Program-made: the position numbers and the translations under genes | The notes under the pieces: generated by a model | Database searches by the model: none | Told to the model about the DNA's origin: nothing | Seen by the model: the letters and a program-made list of their open reading frames with translations, nothing else | Source: an uncultured Clostridia bacterium | Lineage (GTDB): Bacteria; Bacillota; Clostridia; Oscillospirales; Acutalibacteraceae | Direction: 5' to 3' | Assembly (NCBI GenBank): GCA_944384815.1 | Contig: CALWUW010000027.1 | Span: 243 to 64,242 of the forward strand | DNA length: 64,000 nucleotides | Part shown: piece after piece, positions 17,514 to 26,824 of the stretch | Layout: each line of letters starts with the position of its first letter | Position numbering within the stretch: position 1 is the first letter of the stretch

Positions 17514-17687
17514 ATGGAAAAGCCACAAGTAAGGCAGCATATCAGAACGCAGGCAGTTGTTTTTTGGAGGCTTAATTAGGTTGATAAAGTTAATTAAGAG
17601 AACAACTTCCTGCAGCTTTTTGTATAGATCTGTTTCCTGAGACACACAAAAGCCCGGCAAAAGGCCGGGCTTTTGTGTGTCTTTTTT
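17514..17687 (+). ncRNA. Candidate small RNA or micro-ORF transcript bounded by the orphan promoter and a terminator
   Basis: The promoter at 17479-17507 is followed by an AT-rich hairpin CTTAATTA/TAATTAAG and then an 18-bp terminator stem GACACACAAAAGCCCGGC/GCCGGGCTTTTGTGTGTC with TTTTTT (17641-17687). The terminator has a U-tract on the + strand only. Confidence 0.35.
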
Positions 17688-17734
17688 CGCATTTTAATAA
17701 GGAAATAAAAAAGAGAACGGATAAAGAGAGAATG

Positions 17735-18595
17735 CTATACCGATACATCCATATCTTCTTCACTGGGAAAGAAGCTTTCCGCACCGGTGATTTTTTCACG
17801 AAGATCTTTTCGGTATAGAGGATCTTTGGGATCCAGACTGCTGATGGTGACCCCAAAGCTTTCCGGGTGAGCTGTGGAATGCAGATAACGGTTGCGCCCC
17901 AGGTATATAGCCATATGTCCGGGGAAAAACAAAAGATCCCCGGGGTGCAGAGCTGTGAGAGGAATGGAGTATAAAGGGGATTTCTCCCGGTCGCCGGAAT
18001 CTCTGGGGATTTGAATTCCGTTGAGAAAATAGGCCATAAAGCAAAGGCCGCTGCAGTCGATCCCCCCGGGAGTTTTTCCGCCCCAAAGATAGGGGGTCCC
18101 CTGATACAGCATAGCGGCGCTGACCAAGGACTTCCGAAGAGCAAGAGGAGGAAGGGAACGGGGATCTGGGGGAATTTCCATCAACGATCCCGCCGGTAAA
18201 AAGCCAACGATCTCGTTTGGAAGCAGCACCCGGCACCATCCGTTCTCCTCTTCCAGACAATTGACCCGGCTGCCTCTGGGAAGGGAAGCCAGACAAAGGC
18301 TTTTCACTCCAGGTGTTTGTACAACATGGCCCCAGGAAGCGATAACCGTTTTTTGGGCGTGGGAATCCCGGCGAGTCCGGTAATTCTCCGGAAACCACAC
18401 ATCCCGGCTTTGGATCCACCCGGAATATCCATATTCGCTTTCCACCTGCAGCCATTCTCCCTGAGCGTTTAAAACCCGAAGGGAGGTTCCGCAAAGAAGT
18501 TGGTCAGTGGCCAGTGCTTTTTGGCAGGGACCTTCCCGCATCCAGGCGGAAGGCGGAAAAATTACAGCGCTATAAGGGGATCTTTGTATGTACAT
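17735..18595 (-). CDS. NlpC/P60-family peptidoglycan endopeptidase with N-terminal SH3b-like domains (YkfC-like)
   Basis: GIDCSGLCFMAY carries the catalytic Cys and PGDLLFFPGHMAIYLG the catalytic His. A GAGGAGGA RBS is present. Confidence 0.85.
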   Translation of the reverse strand: MYIQRSPYSAVIFPPSAWMREGPCQKALATDQLLCGTSLRVLNAQGEWLQVESEYGYSGWIQSRDVWFPENYRTRRDSHAQKTVIASWGHVVQTPGVKSLCLASLPRGSRVNCLEEENGWCRVLLPNEIVGFLPAGSLMEIPPDPRSLPPLALRKSLVSAAMLYQGTPYLWGGKTPGGIDCSGLCFMAYFLNGIQIPRDSGDREKSPLYSIPLTALHPGDLLFFPGHMAIYLGRNRYLHSTAHPESFGVTISSLDPKDPLYRKDLREKITGAESFFPSEEDMDVSV

Positions 18596-18772
18596 GCTGC
18601 CATCCTCCTCTTTTTCCGATTATGCCGTACTTTTATCCTATGCTTTAAAAGAAGAGAATATGTGCAGAGTATGCGCAGAATATACGCAAAAAAGCCTCTT
18701 CGGAAAAATTTTCCGAAGAGGCAGGCTAAATGCGCGTCATCACACCCTGTGGGTATGTTCTTTCATGGGAGT

Positions 18773-19783
18773 TTACTGAGATTCCTGGGATTTTACAATG
18801 AAATTCCAAGCATCCCGGCACATGGTTTCCAAAGAAAGCTTGGCTTCCCAATTCAGTTCTTCCTTGGCCCGGGAAGCGTCCGCGTAGAAGGCGGGCAGAT
18901 CGCCGGGGCGCCGGGGATCAATGCTGTAGGGGATGGGGCGTCCGCTGGCCTTCTCAAAGGCATGGACCACTTCCAAAACGGAGATCCCTTTTCCCGTGCC
19001 CAGGTTCCAGGCCCGGGCTCCCTGAATATCGTCCAGCTTTTCCAGGGCTTTCAGGTGCCCTGCAGCCAGGTCGCAAACGTGGATGTAATCCCGCACGCCG
19101 GTTCCGTCAGGGGTGTCATAATCGCCGCCGTAAACATGCAGCTTCTCCAGGGTGCCTTCCGCTACCCGGGAAATATAAGGCATCAGGTTGTTGGGGATCC
19201 CTTTGGGGTTTTCCCCGATCAGGCCGCTGGCGTGGGCGCCCACCGGATTGAAATACCGAAGCAGCGCGATCTTCCACTCGGGCTCCGCTTTGGCCAGATC
19301 CTGCAGGATGGTTTCAATAAAGAATTTGGTGCTTCCATAGGGATTGGTAGTGCCGCCGATGGGCATATCCTCCCGGTAGGGAATGGGATTGTTCATGCCG
19401 TATACCGTGGCGGAAGAGCTGAACACCAGCTTATACACCTTGTATTTCCGCATCAGACGGAGAAGGTTCAATGTCCCTTGAATATTGTTGTGATAATACT
19501 CCAAGGGCTTCTGGACGCTTTCTCCCACAGCCTTCAGCCCCGCAAAATGGATCACGGCGTCAATGGAGTTTTCCTGAAAAATTTTTTCAAAAGCCCCTTC
19601 ATCCAGCATATCACAGTCGTAAAAAGGATATTCCTTTCCGGTGATTTTAGAAACGGCTTTTACCGCTTCCGGGGAGGAGTTGACAAAATTGTCCATTCCC
19701 ACAATCTGGATTCCGTTTTCCAAAAGCTCCACGCAGGTATGGGAACCGATAAATCCTGCGCTTCCGGTTATTAAAACACGCAT
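18773..19783 (-). CDS. galE: UDP-glucose 4-epimerase
   Basis: MRVLITGSAGFIGSH is the Rossmann motif and YGSTK is the YxxxK motif. An AGGAGG RBS precedes the ATG at 19783. Confidence 0.9.
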   Translation of the reverse strand: MRVLITGSAGFIGSHTCVELLENGIQIVGMDNFVNSSPEAVKAVSKITGKEYPFYDCDMLDEGAFEKIFQENSIDAVIHFAGLKAVGESVQKPLEYYHNNIQGTLNLLRLMRKYKVYKLVFSSSATVYGMNNPIPYREDMPIGGTTNPYGSTKFFIETILQDLAKAEPEWKIALLRYFNPVGAHASGLIGENPKGIPNNLMPYISRVAEGTLEKLHVYGGDYDTPDGTGVRDYIHVCDLAAGHLKALEKLDDIQGARAWNLGTGKGISVLEVVHAFEKASGRPIPYSIDPRRPGDLPAFYADASRAKEELNWEAKLSLETMCRDAWNFIVKSQESQ

Positions 19784-19803
19784 GAAAAAGCCTCCTTTTT
19801 GTT

Positions 19804-19844
19804 CAACCAATAAACCAACAAGCCAACAAGCCAACAAGCCAACG
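19804..19844. repeat. Tandem 8-mer array (CAAGCCAA type)
   Basis: The sequence reads CAACCAAT AAACCAA CAAGCCAA CAAGCCAA CAAGCCAA. Confidence 0.85.
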
Positions 19845-19892
19845 TCTCGAATATTCAGCGGCTCCCAAAACGAGTTCCGTCGAAACGAAGAT

Positions 19893-19959
19893 CGTATATT
19901 CCTTATACTCTGTATGCTCCTGGTGTTCCTTATGTTTCGTATGTTCCGTTCGTTCTGTC
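19893..19959. repeat. Drifting ~9-mer array (NNTATNNTC type)
   Basis: The sequence reads CGTATATTC CTTATACTC TGTATGCTC CTGGTGTTC CTTATGTTTC GTATGTTC CGTTCGTTC. Confidence 0.75.
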
Positions 19960-19974
19960 AAAGCCGGGTTTGTA

Positions 19975-21261
19975 TCAGAACAGCTGGATCCCGCCTACAG
20001 GACGGACAGAAAGCCGGTAGCAGCTTCCCTCTCCGAAAACCGCTTCCATGGCTTTGGAGAATTCCTCCGTGAATCCACAGGGCACAAATGCCTGTACAGT
20101 GCCGGCAAAGCCGCCGCCGTGAACCCGCCAGGCGCCGTTTTTGGACTCCAGCAGCTTCTGGCAAAGGGCCAGCGCCAGAGAAACCTCCTGCCTCTGGGGA
20201 TGGGAGGAAGAAAATACGTTTTGCAGATACATAGCGGAGGAGTTTCCGGAAGCGATCACCAATTTCCGGAAGGTGTCGAAGTCTCCCTGACACAGGGCTT
20301 CCACCTGAAGAGGAACCCGCTGGTTGTCCTGGAAAAAGTGAATGGCCCGCATAACAGCCCGGCCGCCGGTTTTTTCACGAACCAGGGGCAGATTCCGGTA
20401 AAATTCTTCCGGATCCACTTCCCGGAGAAATTCCTTCCCAAACACAGCCGCCACGCTTTTCATTTCCTGGGGAATAGCGGCGTAGTCCGGGGTAAGGTCG
20501 GCATGGTCGCCCCGGGTATCCACAATGCAGAGGTCATAGCCGCACTGGGCGAAATCAAAATCCACCTGCTCCACTTTGGGATTTTCCTTATCTTCAAAGT
20601 CGATGGTGATAAAGCCGCCAATGCTGCTGGCAGCCTGATCCATCAGGCCGCAGGGCTTTCCGAAATACACGTTTTCCGCCTTCTGGCCGATTTGGGCGAT
20701 TTTCAGGGGGCTGACGCTGTTTTCACAGTAAAGGCCGTTGAAGATAGTGCCGATCAGCACTTCAAAGGCGGCGGAGGAGGAGAGGCCGGAGCCGGTAAGC
20801 ACATCGGAAGTGGTGTATGCGTCAAAGCCGCCCACTTCTTTTCCCATTTCCCGGAAACAGGCGCAAATGCCCCGGATGAGAGCGTTGGAAGTGCCTTCTT
20901 CCTGGGGATGGATCTGAATGTCGCTTCCATCCACAACATTTTCCGCATGCCCCTGGCTTTTTACGCGGATCCGTTGATCCGGGTTTTTAGCCGCTACGGC
21001 GATCACGTCCAGGTTGACTCCCGCCGCCAGCACCCGGCCGTGCTGATGGTCCGTGTGATTGCCTCCCACTTCCGTGCGCCCCGGAGCGCTGAACAAGAAC
21101 AACTCTCTGTCCTTTCCGTACAGCTCTTCAAAGCGATCCACGGCCTGCAAGGCTCGCTGAACATAGTGGTGTACGTTTTCCTGCCCGCATACGTAAATGC
21201 GGCGGAAAGCCTCATCCAGCTTTCCGGTTTCCAGTGCTGTGCGCAATGAGGAAGCGCTCAT
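19975..21261 (-). CDS. galK: Galactokinase (GHMP kinase)
   Basis: The galactokinase signature APGRTEVGGNHTDHQHG and the GHMP motif GSGLSSSAA are present. A GGAGGG RBS precedes the ATG at 21261. Confidence 0.9.
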   Translation of the reverse strand: MSASSLRTALETGKLDEAFRRIYVCGQENVHHYVQRALQAVDRFEELYGKDRELFLFSAPGRTEVGGNHTDHQHGRVLAAGVNLDVIAVAAKNPDQRIRVKSQGHAENVVDGSDIQIHPQEEGTSNALIRGICACFREMGKEVGGFDAYTTSDVLTGSGLSSSAAFEVLIGTIFNGLYCENSVSPLKIAQIGQKAENVYFGKPCGLMDQAASSIGGFITIDFEDKENPKVEQVDFDFAQCGYDLCIVDTRGDHADLTPDYAAIPQEMKSVAAVFGKEFLREVDPEEFYRNLPLVREKTGGRAVMRAIHFFQDNQRVPLQVEALCQGDFDTFRKLVIASGNSSAMYLQNVFSSSHPQRQEVSLALALCQKLLESKNGAWRVHGGGFAGTVQAFVPCGFTEEFSKAMEAVFGEGSCYRLSVRPVGGIQLF

Positions 21262-21605
21262 GGGGATCCCTCCGTATTTCAAGTTCTCTCCCGGGAAGAC
21301 CGGGTGTTTTTTCTACTTGTATACTAGCAGTCCGGTTGATTTTCCGCAATGGAGAACTTTCCTAAATTTATGGATTTATGTTGCATATGTTGACAAAAAC
21401 AGCCAGGAAAGCCCTTTCCAAATAAACAGAAAGGGAAAAAGGGAGCCAGAAGTATGGTAGTTTTCCTTAAAATTTTCATGGATACGGTTGACTTTATGGG
21501 AGGAAAAGTCTATAATCCAGAATAAGGGATATGTGTGCTCGAGCACATTTTTTGCGTGTTTTTGTTGATTTTAGCGGATCCGCAGATGGAAGGAGGGAGA
21601 TCCCT

Positions 21606-22694
21606 TTGGCGGTAACCATTAAGGATATTGCCCAGGCGGCGGGGGTTTCCCGGGGAACGGTGGACCGTGTTCTGAATGGCCGGGGCAGAGTCAGCGCCCA
21701 GGTAGCTCAAAGGGTGCGGGAGCTGGCGGCGGAAATGAAGTATTCTCCCAACCGGGCAGGCCGGGAATTGGCGGCCATTAAGCGCTCCATCCGCATGGGG
21801 CTGTTTTTGCCCGGATTGGAGAACAGCTTTTTCGGCGATGTGCTCCGGGGGGCCCAGGCGGCAGCCCAAAGCCTTTCGGATTATGGGGTCTCCCTGGAGA
21901 TCCGGCAGGTGAAAGGGTATGCGGTGGAGGATCATGTCCGGGCGCTGAAGGAGCTTTTGGAGCTTTGCCCCGACGGGATCTGCGCGGCCACGGTGGATGT
22001 CCCTGAGACCCGGGATCTGGTGAACCGGGCTTACCAGGCAGGGACGCCGGTGATTGCCATCAACACGGATCTTTCCCAAACCAGCCGGCTTTCCTATGTG
22101 GGCTGTGATTACACCGCCAGCGGGCGGACGGCGGCAGGAATGCTGGCGCTGCTGAAAGGCGCCGCCCCAAAAGTGCTGACGCTGATAGGCTCCCGCTCCA
22201 TGCAGGGGCATGTGCAGCGGGTGGAAGGATTCCGTCAGGCGCTGGAAGAGAGAGGCGTTTTTTGGGAGGATTGCGGTTGCCTGGAATGCCAGGATGATGA
22301 TGAGGTTTCCTGCCGGCTGGTTTTGGAGCATTTTTCGGCGGAAAAGGAGCAAAGGCCCAACTGCCTGTTTTTGGCAGGAGCCGGCGTGGAGGGGGCCTGC
22401 AGGGCTCTTTCTCAGCTGCATTTGGAAGGGCGCGTGCAGGTGCTTCCCTTTGACGAGATCCCCTTTACCCGGGATTGGATTCGCAGGGGGCTGATTCCCG
22501 CCACGGTTTGCCAGGAGCCTTTTGAGCAAGGCTACCGGGCGGTGAAACTGCTGTTTGATTATCTGGTGCGGGATGTGCGTCCCCCGGAACGTTATTACAC
22601 CCGGACTGTTTTGAAGATCCGGGAAAACCTGGAAGAGCCGGAAAATCGGCCGCCGCTGGAATGCCAGGAGAACGCCGGGGCGTTTCCCCGGTAA
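21606..22694 (+). CDS. LacI-family transcriptional regulator
   Basis: TIKDIAQAAGVSRGTVDRVLNGRGRVS is the HTH and a periplasmic-binding-fold body follows. The probable start is the TTG at 21606, after GGAGGGAG. Confidence 0.8.
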   Translation: MAVTIKDIAQAAGVSRGTVDRVLNGRGRVSAQVAQRVRELAAEMKYSPNRAGRELAAIKRSIRMGLFLPGLENSFFGDVLRGAQAAAQSLSDYGVSLEIRQVKGYAVEDHVRALKELLELCPDGICAATVDVPETRDLVNRAYQAGTPVIAINTDLSQTSRLSYVGCDYTASGRTAAGMLALLKGAAPKVLTLIGSRSMQGHVQRVEGFRQALEERGVFWEDCGCLECQDDDEVSCRLVLEHFSAEKEQRPNCLFLAGAGVEGACRALSQLHLEGRVQVLPFDEIPFTRDWIRRGLIPATVCQEPFEQGYRAVKLLFDYLVRDVRPPERYYTRTVLKIRENLEEPENRPPLECQENAGAFPR

Positions 22695-22721
22695 ACCATA
22701 TAAAAAGGAGTGCTGAAAATC

Positions 22722-23351
22722 ATGAAGCTTTATACGGTAAATGACCCGGAATTTCGTCCCTACGGCCGGGTAATGAAAGGATATGACTGCACGGAGCTGG
22801 TTCGGGCCATGGGCGAAACACCTGTGCCGGAGGATGTGATCTATGTGCCTTCGGACGCCCGCCTGGAGGCTCTGCCGGTGTTCCGGAAAATTACGGAGGA
22901 TCTTTTCGGAGAGCTGCCGGCGCAGCTGGGATACTGCAACGGTCATAACACCAGGCTGAACGCGTTGGAGTATCATCGTTCTTCCGAGTTCAACGTGGCC
23001 TGCACGGATCTGGTGCTGCTGCTGGGCCTGGAGCAGGAGATCGACCCGGAAACCCTTACTTACGATACGGCCAAGGTAAAGGGCTTCTTTGTGCCCGCCG
23101 GCACCATGATCGAAGTGTACGGCACCACCCTGCACTATGCCCCCTGCCATACCGGGGAAGAAGGATTCCGCTGCGTGGTGCTGCTGCATAAGGATACCAA
23201 CCTGGATCTGCAGCATAAGCCCTGCTGCCCCCAGGGAGAAGAACGTCTGCTGTTTGCCCGGAACAAGTGGCTGCTGGCCCATCCGGAAGCCGGCCTGGAA
23301 GATCAGGGGGCTTACATAGGGCTTACGGGAGAAAATCTGGACATCGGCTGA
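22722..23351 (+). CDS. DUF4867-family protein (uncharacterised; accompanies isomerase and kinase genes)
   Basis: MKLYTVNDPEFRPYGRV...LEYHRSSEFNV...LHYAPC fits the family as I remember it. An AAGGAG RBS is present. Confidence 0.65.
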   Translation: MKLYTVNDPEFRPYGRVMKGYDCTELVRAMGETPVPEDVIYVPSDARLEALPVFRKITEDLFGELPAQLGYCNGHNTRLNALEYHRSSEFNVACTDLVLLLGLEQEIDPETLTYDTAKVKGFFVPAGTMIEVYGTTLHYAPCHTGEEGFRCVVLLHKDTNLDLQHKPCCPQGEERLLFARNKWLLAHPEAGLEDQGAYIGLTGENLDIG

Positions 23352-23414
23352 AAAAGCGGAATATCGGCCGGCAAGCGGCCGAAAGCCATAGAAACGGAAG
23401 AAGAGGGAGCGAGT

Positions 23415-24944
23415 ATGGAAAAAGAATATTTGTTGGGAATTGATCTGGGGACCTCCGGCACCAAAACCGTTTTGTTTGATACCCAGGGCAATGTGGTGGC
23501 TTCCGCTTTGGAAGAATACCCCCTGTATCAGCCCCAGAACGGCTGGGCGGAGCAGGATCCCCGGGATTGGTGGAACGCAGCCCGGAACACCATTGCCGCC
23601 GTCCTGCAAAAATCCGGAGCGAACCCGGCCAAAGTGCGCGGGCTGGGCATTTCCGGCCAGATGCACGGGCTGGTTCTTCTGGATGAAAAGGGAGAAGTGC
23701 TGCGCAACGCCATTATCTGGTGTGACCAGCGGACCCAGGCGGAATGCGATGAGATCACCCGTCGGGTAGGGGCCCAAAGGCTCATTGAAATCACGGCCAA
23801 CCCGGCGCTCACCGGTTTTACCGCCTCCAAGATCCTCTGGGTGCGCAATCATGAGCCGGAGCTTTATGCCCGGTGCCGGCATATTCTGCTGCCCAAGGAT
23901 TATGTGCGGTATATGCTGACGGGAGAGTTCGCCACGGAAGTCAGCGACGCTTCGGGCATGCAGCTGATGGATGTAGCCAATCGCTGCTGGAGCCAGGAAG
24001 TCCTGGAAAAGCTGGAGATCGACCCTGCCTTGCTGGCTAAGATGTATGAATCTCCGGAAGTCACCGGAACGGTAACGGCGGAAGCCGCTTCCCTTACCGG
24101 CCTGAAGGAAGGCACCCCTGTAGTGGGCGGCGCCGGAGACAATGCCGCCGCGGCGGTGGGCACCGGCGTAGTGGAAGAAGGAAAAGCCTTTACCACCATC
24201 GGTACCTCCGGAGTGGTATTTGCCCATTCGGATAAGGTCACCATCGACCCCAAGGGCCGTGTGCATACCTTCTGCTCCGCGGTTCCCGGGTGCTGGACGG
24301 TGATGAGCTGCACTCTGGCGGCAGGCCTTTCCCTGAAATGGTTCCGGGATACCTTCTGCCAGGCGGAACGGGAAACCGCTTCGGGCATGGGCGTGGATCC
24401 CTATTACCTGATGGATCAGCAGGCGGAAAAATCCCCCATCGGCGCCAACCGTCTTTTGTATCTGCCTTATTTGATGGGCGAACGGTCCCCCTTGCTGGAT
24501 CCCAATGCCAGAGGCGTATTTTTCGGCCTTTCCGCCATTCACACCAAGTATGATATGCTTCGGGCCGTGATGGAGGGCGTGATTTATTCCCAGCGGGAAT
24601 GCCTGGACATTCTCCGGGATATGGGTGTGGTGTCCAGCGAGATGCTGGCCTGCGGAGGCGGCGGAAGCAGCCCCTTCTGGCGCCAGATGATGGCCGACGT
24701 ATACGGCCTGCCGGTGAAGACCGTGGCCAGCAAGGAAGGCCCGGCTCTGGGCGTGGCCCTTCTGGCGGGCGTCGGCGCCGGGGTATACGCCAGCGTGCCG
24801 GAAGCCTGCCGTCAGGTGATTCGTACCAATCCGCCCCAGCAGCCGGTGCCGGAACACCAAACCCGGTATCAGGAATTTTACCAGGTGTATCGTTCCCTGT
24901 ACCCGGCCTTGAAAGAAAGTTTCGGGGAGCTGGCCAAGCTTTAA
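23415..24944 (+). CDS. xylB: FGGY-family carbohydrate kinase, xylulokinase-like
   Basis: The motifs GIDLGTSGTKTVLFD, NGWAEQDPRDWW and GGGGSSPFWRQMMADV are present. Confidence 0.85.
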   Translation: MEKEYLLGIDLGTSGTKTVLFDTQGNVVASALEEYPLYQPQNGWAEQDPRDWWNAARNTIAAVLQKSGANPAKVRGLGISGQMHGLVLLDEKGEVLRNAIIWCDQRTQAECDEITRRVGAQRLIEITANPALTGFTASKILWVRNHEPELYARCRHILLPKDYVRYMLTGEFATEVSDASGMQLMDVANRCWSQEVLEKLEIDPALLAKMYESPEVTGTVTAEAASLTGLKEGTPVVGGAGDNAAAAVGTGVVEEGKAFTTIGTSGVVFAHSDKVTIDPKGRVHTFCSAVPGCWTVMSCTLAAGLSLKWFRDTFCQAERETASGMGVDPYYLMDQQAEKSPIGANRLLYLPYLMGERSPLLDPNARGVFFGLSAIHTKYDMLRAVMEGVIYSQRECLDILRDMGVVSSEMLACGGGGSSPFWRQMMADVYGLPVKTVASKEGPALGVALLAGVGAGVYASVPEACRQVIRTNPPQQPVPEHQTRYQEFYQVYRSLYPALKESFGELAKL

Positions 24945-25061
24945 AAGGAACGAAGAGACAAAGGGCAGCCTGAAAAATAGGAAAATTTTATTTCAATTAA
25001 AAGGGAGCTTTCCTTATATGGAGGTTCCCTGCTGAATACAGGAAAAATGGAGGTTATCAAT

Positions 25062-26543
25062 ATGAACAATATTCCTGAGCTGAAATTGGGACTCATCGCC
25101 GTCAGCCGAGATTGCTTTGTGATTTCCCTTTCGGAGCGCCGCCGGGCGGAAGTGGCCCAGGCGTATGCCAAAAAGGGCGGAAACATTTACGAATGCAAAG
25201 TGACGGTGGAAAACGAAACCGATATGCTGAAAGCGGTGGCGGATGTGAAAGCCGCCGGCTGCAACGCGTTGGTGGTATTTTTGGGCAATTTTGGCCCGGA
25301 AACGCCGGAAACCCTTATCGCCAAAAATTTTGACGGCCCGGTGATGTTTGCCGCCGCCGCGGAAGAGCACGGAGACGACTTGATCAACGGCCGCGGAGAC
25401 GCGTACTGCGGCGTTCTCAACTGCTCTTATAACCTGGGTCTGCGGAAGATCAAGGCCTATATCCCGGAATATCCGGTAGGCACCGCGGACGACGTAGCGG
25501 AGATGATCCGGGATTTCGAACCGGTAGCCCGGACCATTCTGGGGCTTTCCGGCCTGAAGATCATCACCTTCGGCCCCCGTCCCCAGGACTTTTTCGCCTG
25601 CAATGCTCCCATTAAGCCTTTGTATGACATCGGCGTGGAAATCCAGGAAAACTCCGAGCTGGATCTTCTGGTTTCCTATAAAGAACACGCAGGCGATCCC
25701 CGGATCCAGGCCATTATCGACGATATGGCCCAGGAGCTGGGCGTAGGCAATCAGTATCCCGACCTTCTGCCCCGGATGGCTCAGTATGAACTGACGCTGC
25801 TGGACTGGGCGGAAAAGAACAAAGGCGCCCGGCAGTATGTGGCGTTTGCCAATAAGTGCTGGCCGGCATTCCCCGGGCAGTTTGGCTTTGAGCCCTGCTA
25901 TGTAAACAGCCGCCTGGTTTCCAAGGGAATCCCCGTGGCCTGCGAAGTGGATATTTACGGCGCTCTCAGCGAGTACATCGGCATGTGTGTTTCCGGCGAC
26001 GCCGTCACGCTGCTGGATATCAACAACTCCGTGCCCAGAGATATGTTTGAGCAGGAGATCCAGCCCAAGTATGCCTATACGCTGAAGGATACCTTCATGG
26101 GCTTCCATTGCGGCAACACGCCTCTGTGCAAATTGAGCCAGGGCGCTGTGAAGTATCAGCTGATCCAGAACCGCCTTTTGGAAGACGGCAATACGCCGGA
26201 CATCACCCGCGGCACTCTGGAAGGAGACATTGCTCCCGGCCAGATCACCTTCTACCGCCTCCATGGCTCCGCGGAAGGCAACCTGCAGGCGTATATCGCC
26301 CAGGGCGAGGTTCTGCCTGTGGCCACCCGTTCCTTCGGCGGCATCGGTGTATTTGCCATTCCGGAAATGGGCCGTTTCTATCGCCATGTGCTGATCTCCA
26401 AGCACTATCCTCACCATGGCGCCGTGGCTTTCGGCCATGTAGGAAAAGCCCTGTACAGCGTGTTCCAGTATCTGGGAGTTCCGGATATTGCGTACAATCA
26501 GCCTAAGGGCGTTCTGTATAAGGACGAAAATCCCTTCGCTTAA
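25062..26543 (+). CDS. L-fucose/L-arabinose isomerase-family protein
   Basis: It is ~490 aa, with an N-terminal flavodoxin-like block (LGLIAVSRDCF...NALVVFLGNFGPE) and a C-terminal isomerase domain. A GGAGG RBS lies 8 nt before the ATG at 25062. Confidence 0.75.
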   Translation: MNNIPELKLGLIAVSRDCFVISLSERRRAEVAQAYAKKGGNIYECKVTVENETDMLKAVADVKAAGCNALVVFLGNFGPETPETLIAKNFDGPVMFAAAAEEHGDDLINGRGDAYCGVLNCSYNLGLRKIKAYIPEYPVGTADDVAEMIRDFEPVARTILGLSGLKIITFGPRPQDFFACNAPIKPLYDIGVEIQENSELDLLVSYKEHAGDPRIQAIIDDMAQELGVGNQYPDLLPRMAQYELTLLDWAEKNKGARQYVAFANKCWPAFPGQFGFEPCYVNSRLVSKGIPVACEVDIYGALSEYIGMCVSGDAVTLLDINNSVPRDMFEQEIQPKYAYTLKDTFMGFHCGNTPLCKLSQGAVKYQLIQNRLLEDGNTPDITRGTLEGDIAPGQITFYRLHGSAEGNLQAYIAQGEVLPVATRSFGGIGVFAIPEMGRFYRHVLISKHYPHHGAVAFGHVGKALYSVFQYLGVPDIAYNQPKGVLYKDENPFA

Positions 26544-26611
26544 TGAGATTGCCTCTTTTTGTATAGAGATCGAACCCTTTGTTGTCTCAGGAAAATAATC
26601 CATTGGGTTCC

Positions 26612-26648
26612 GCGCCTTTCGGCATAAGCCGGAAGGCGCACTTTTTTT
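26612..26648 (+). terminator. Intrinsic terminator of the sugar operon
   Basis: A 12-bp stem GCGCCTTTCGGC/GCCGGAAGGCGC is followed by CTTTTTTT. Confidence 0.8.
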
Positions 26649-26759
26649 GCCCAAATCCCAAATTTCACCGAAAAACAGGATGACTTTTCCGAAAAATACG
26701 GTATAATAAAGGCGCCTTTGGGGTCCATAAAAAATTTTTAAAAAAATTTTTTGAAATAA

Positions 26760-26791
26760 TGCAACCGTTTGCGAAAAAACTTGTCTATAGA
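26760..26791 (+). promoter_or_regulatory. ECF-type promoter candidate TGCAAC-N17-GTCTATAGAA, preceded by an A/T-tract (26727-26759)
   Basis: See the matching element at 3005-3033. Confidence 0.45.
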
Positions 26792-26824
26792 AATAGGACG
26801 GCAAAATCCGGAAAGGAGAGGAAC

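Noticed and set aside
21510-24860. A 1116-codon minus-strand ORF spanning the LacI, DUF4867 and xylulokinase genes.
   Set aside because: It lies antisense to three + strand genes with clear family motifs and ribosome-binding sites. Its translation is low-complexity (rich in G, R, P, H and A) with no recognisable domain. It is a typical shadow ORF of GC-rich coding sequence.
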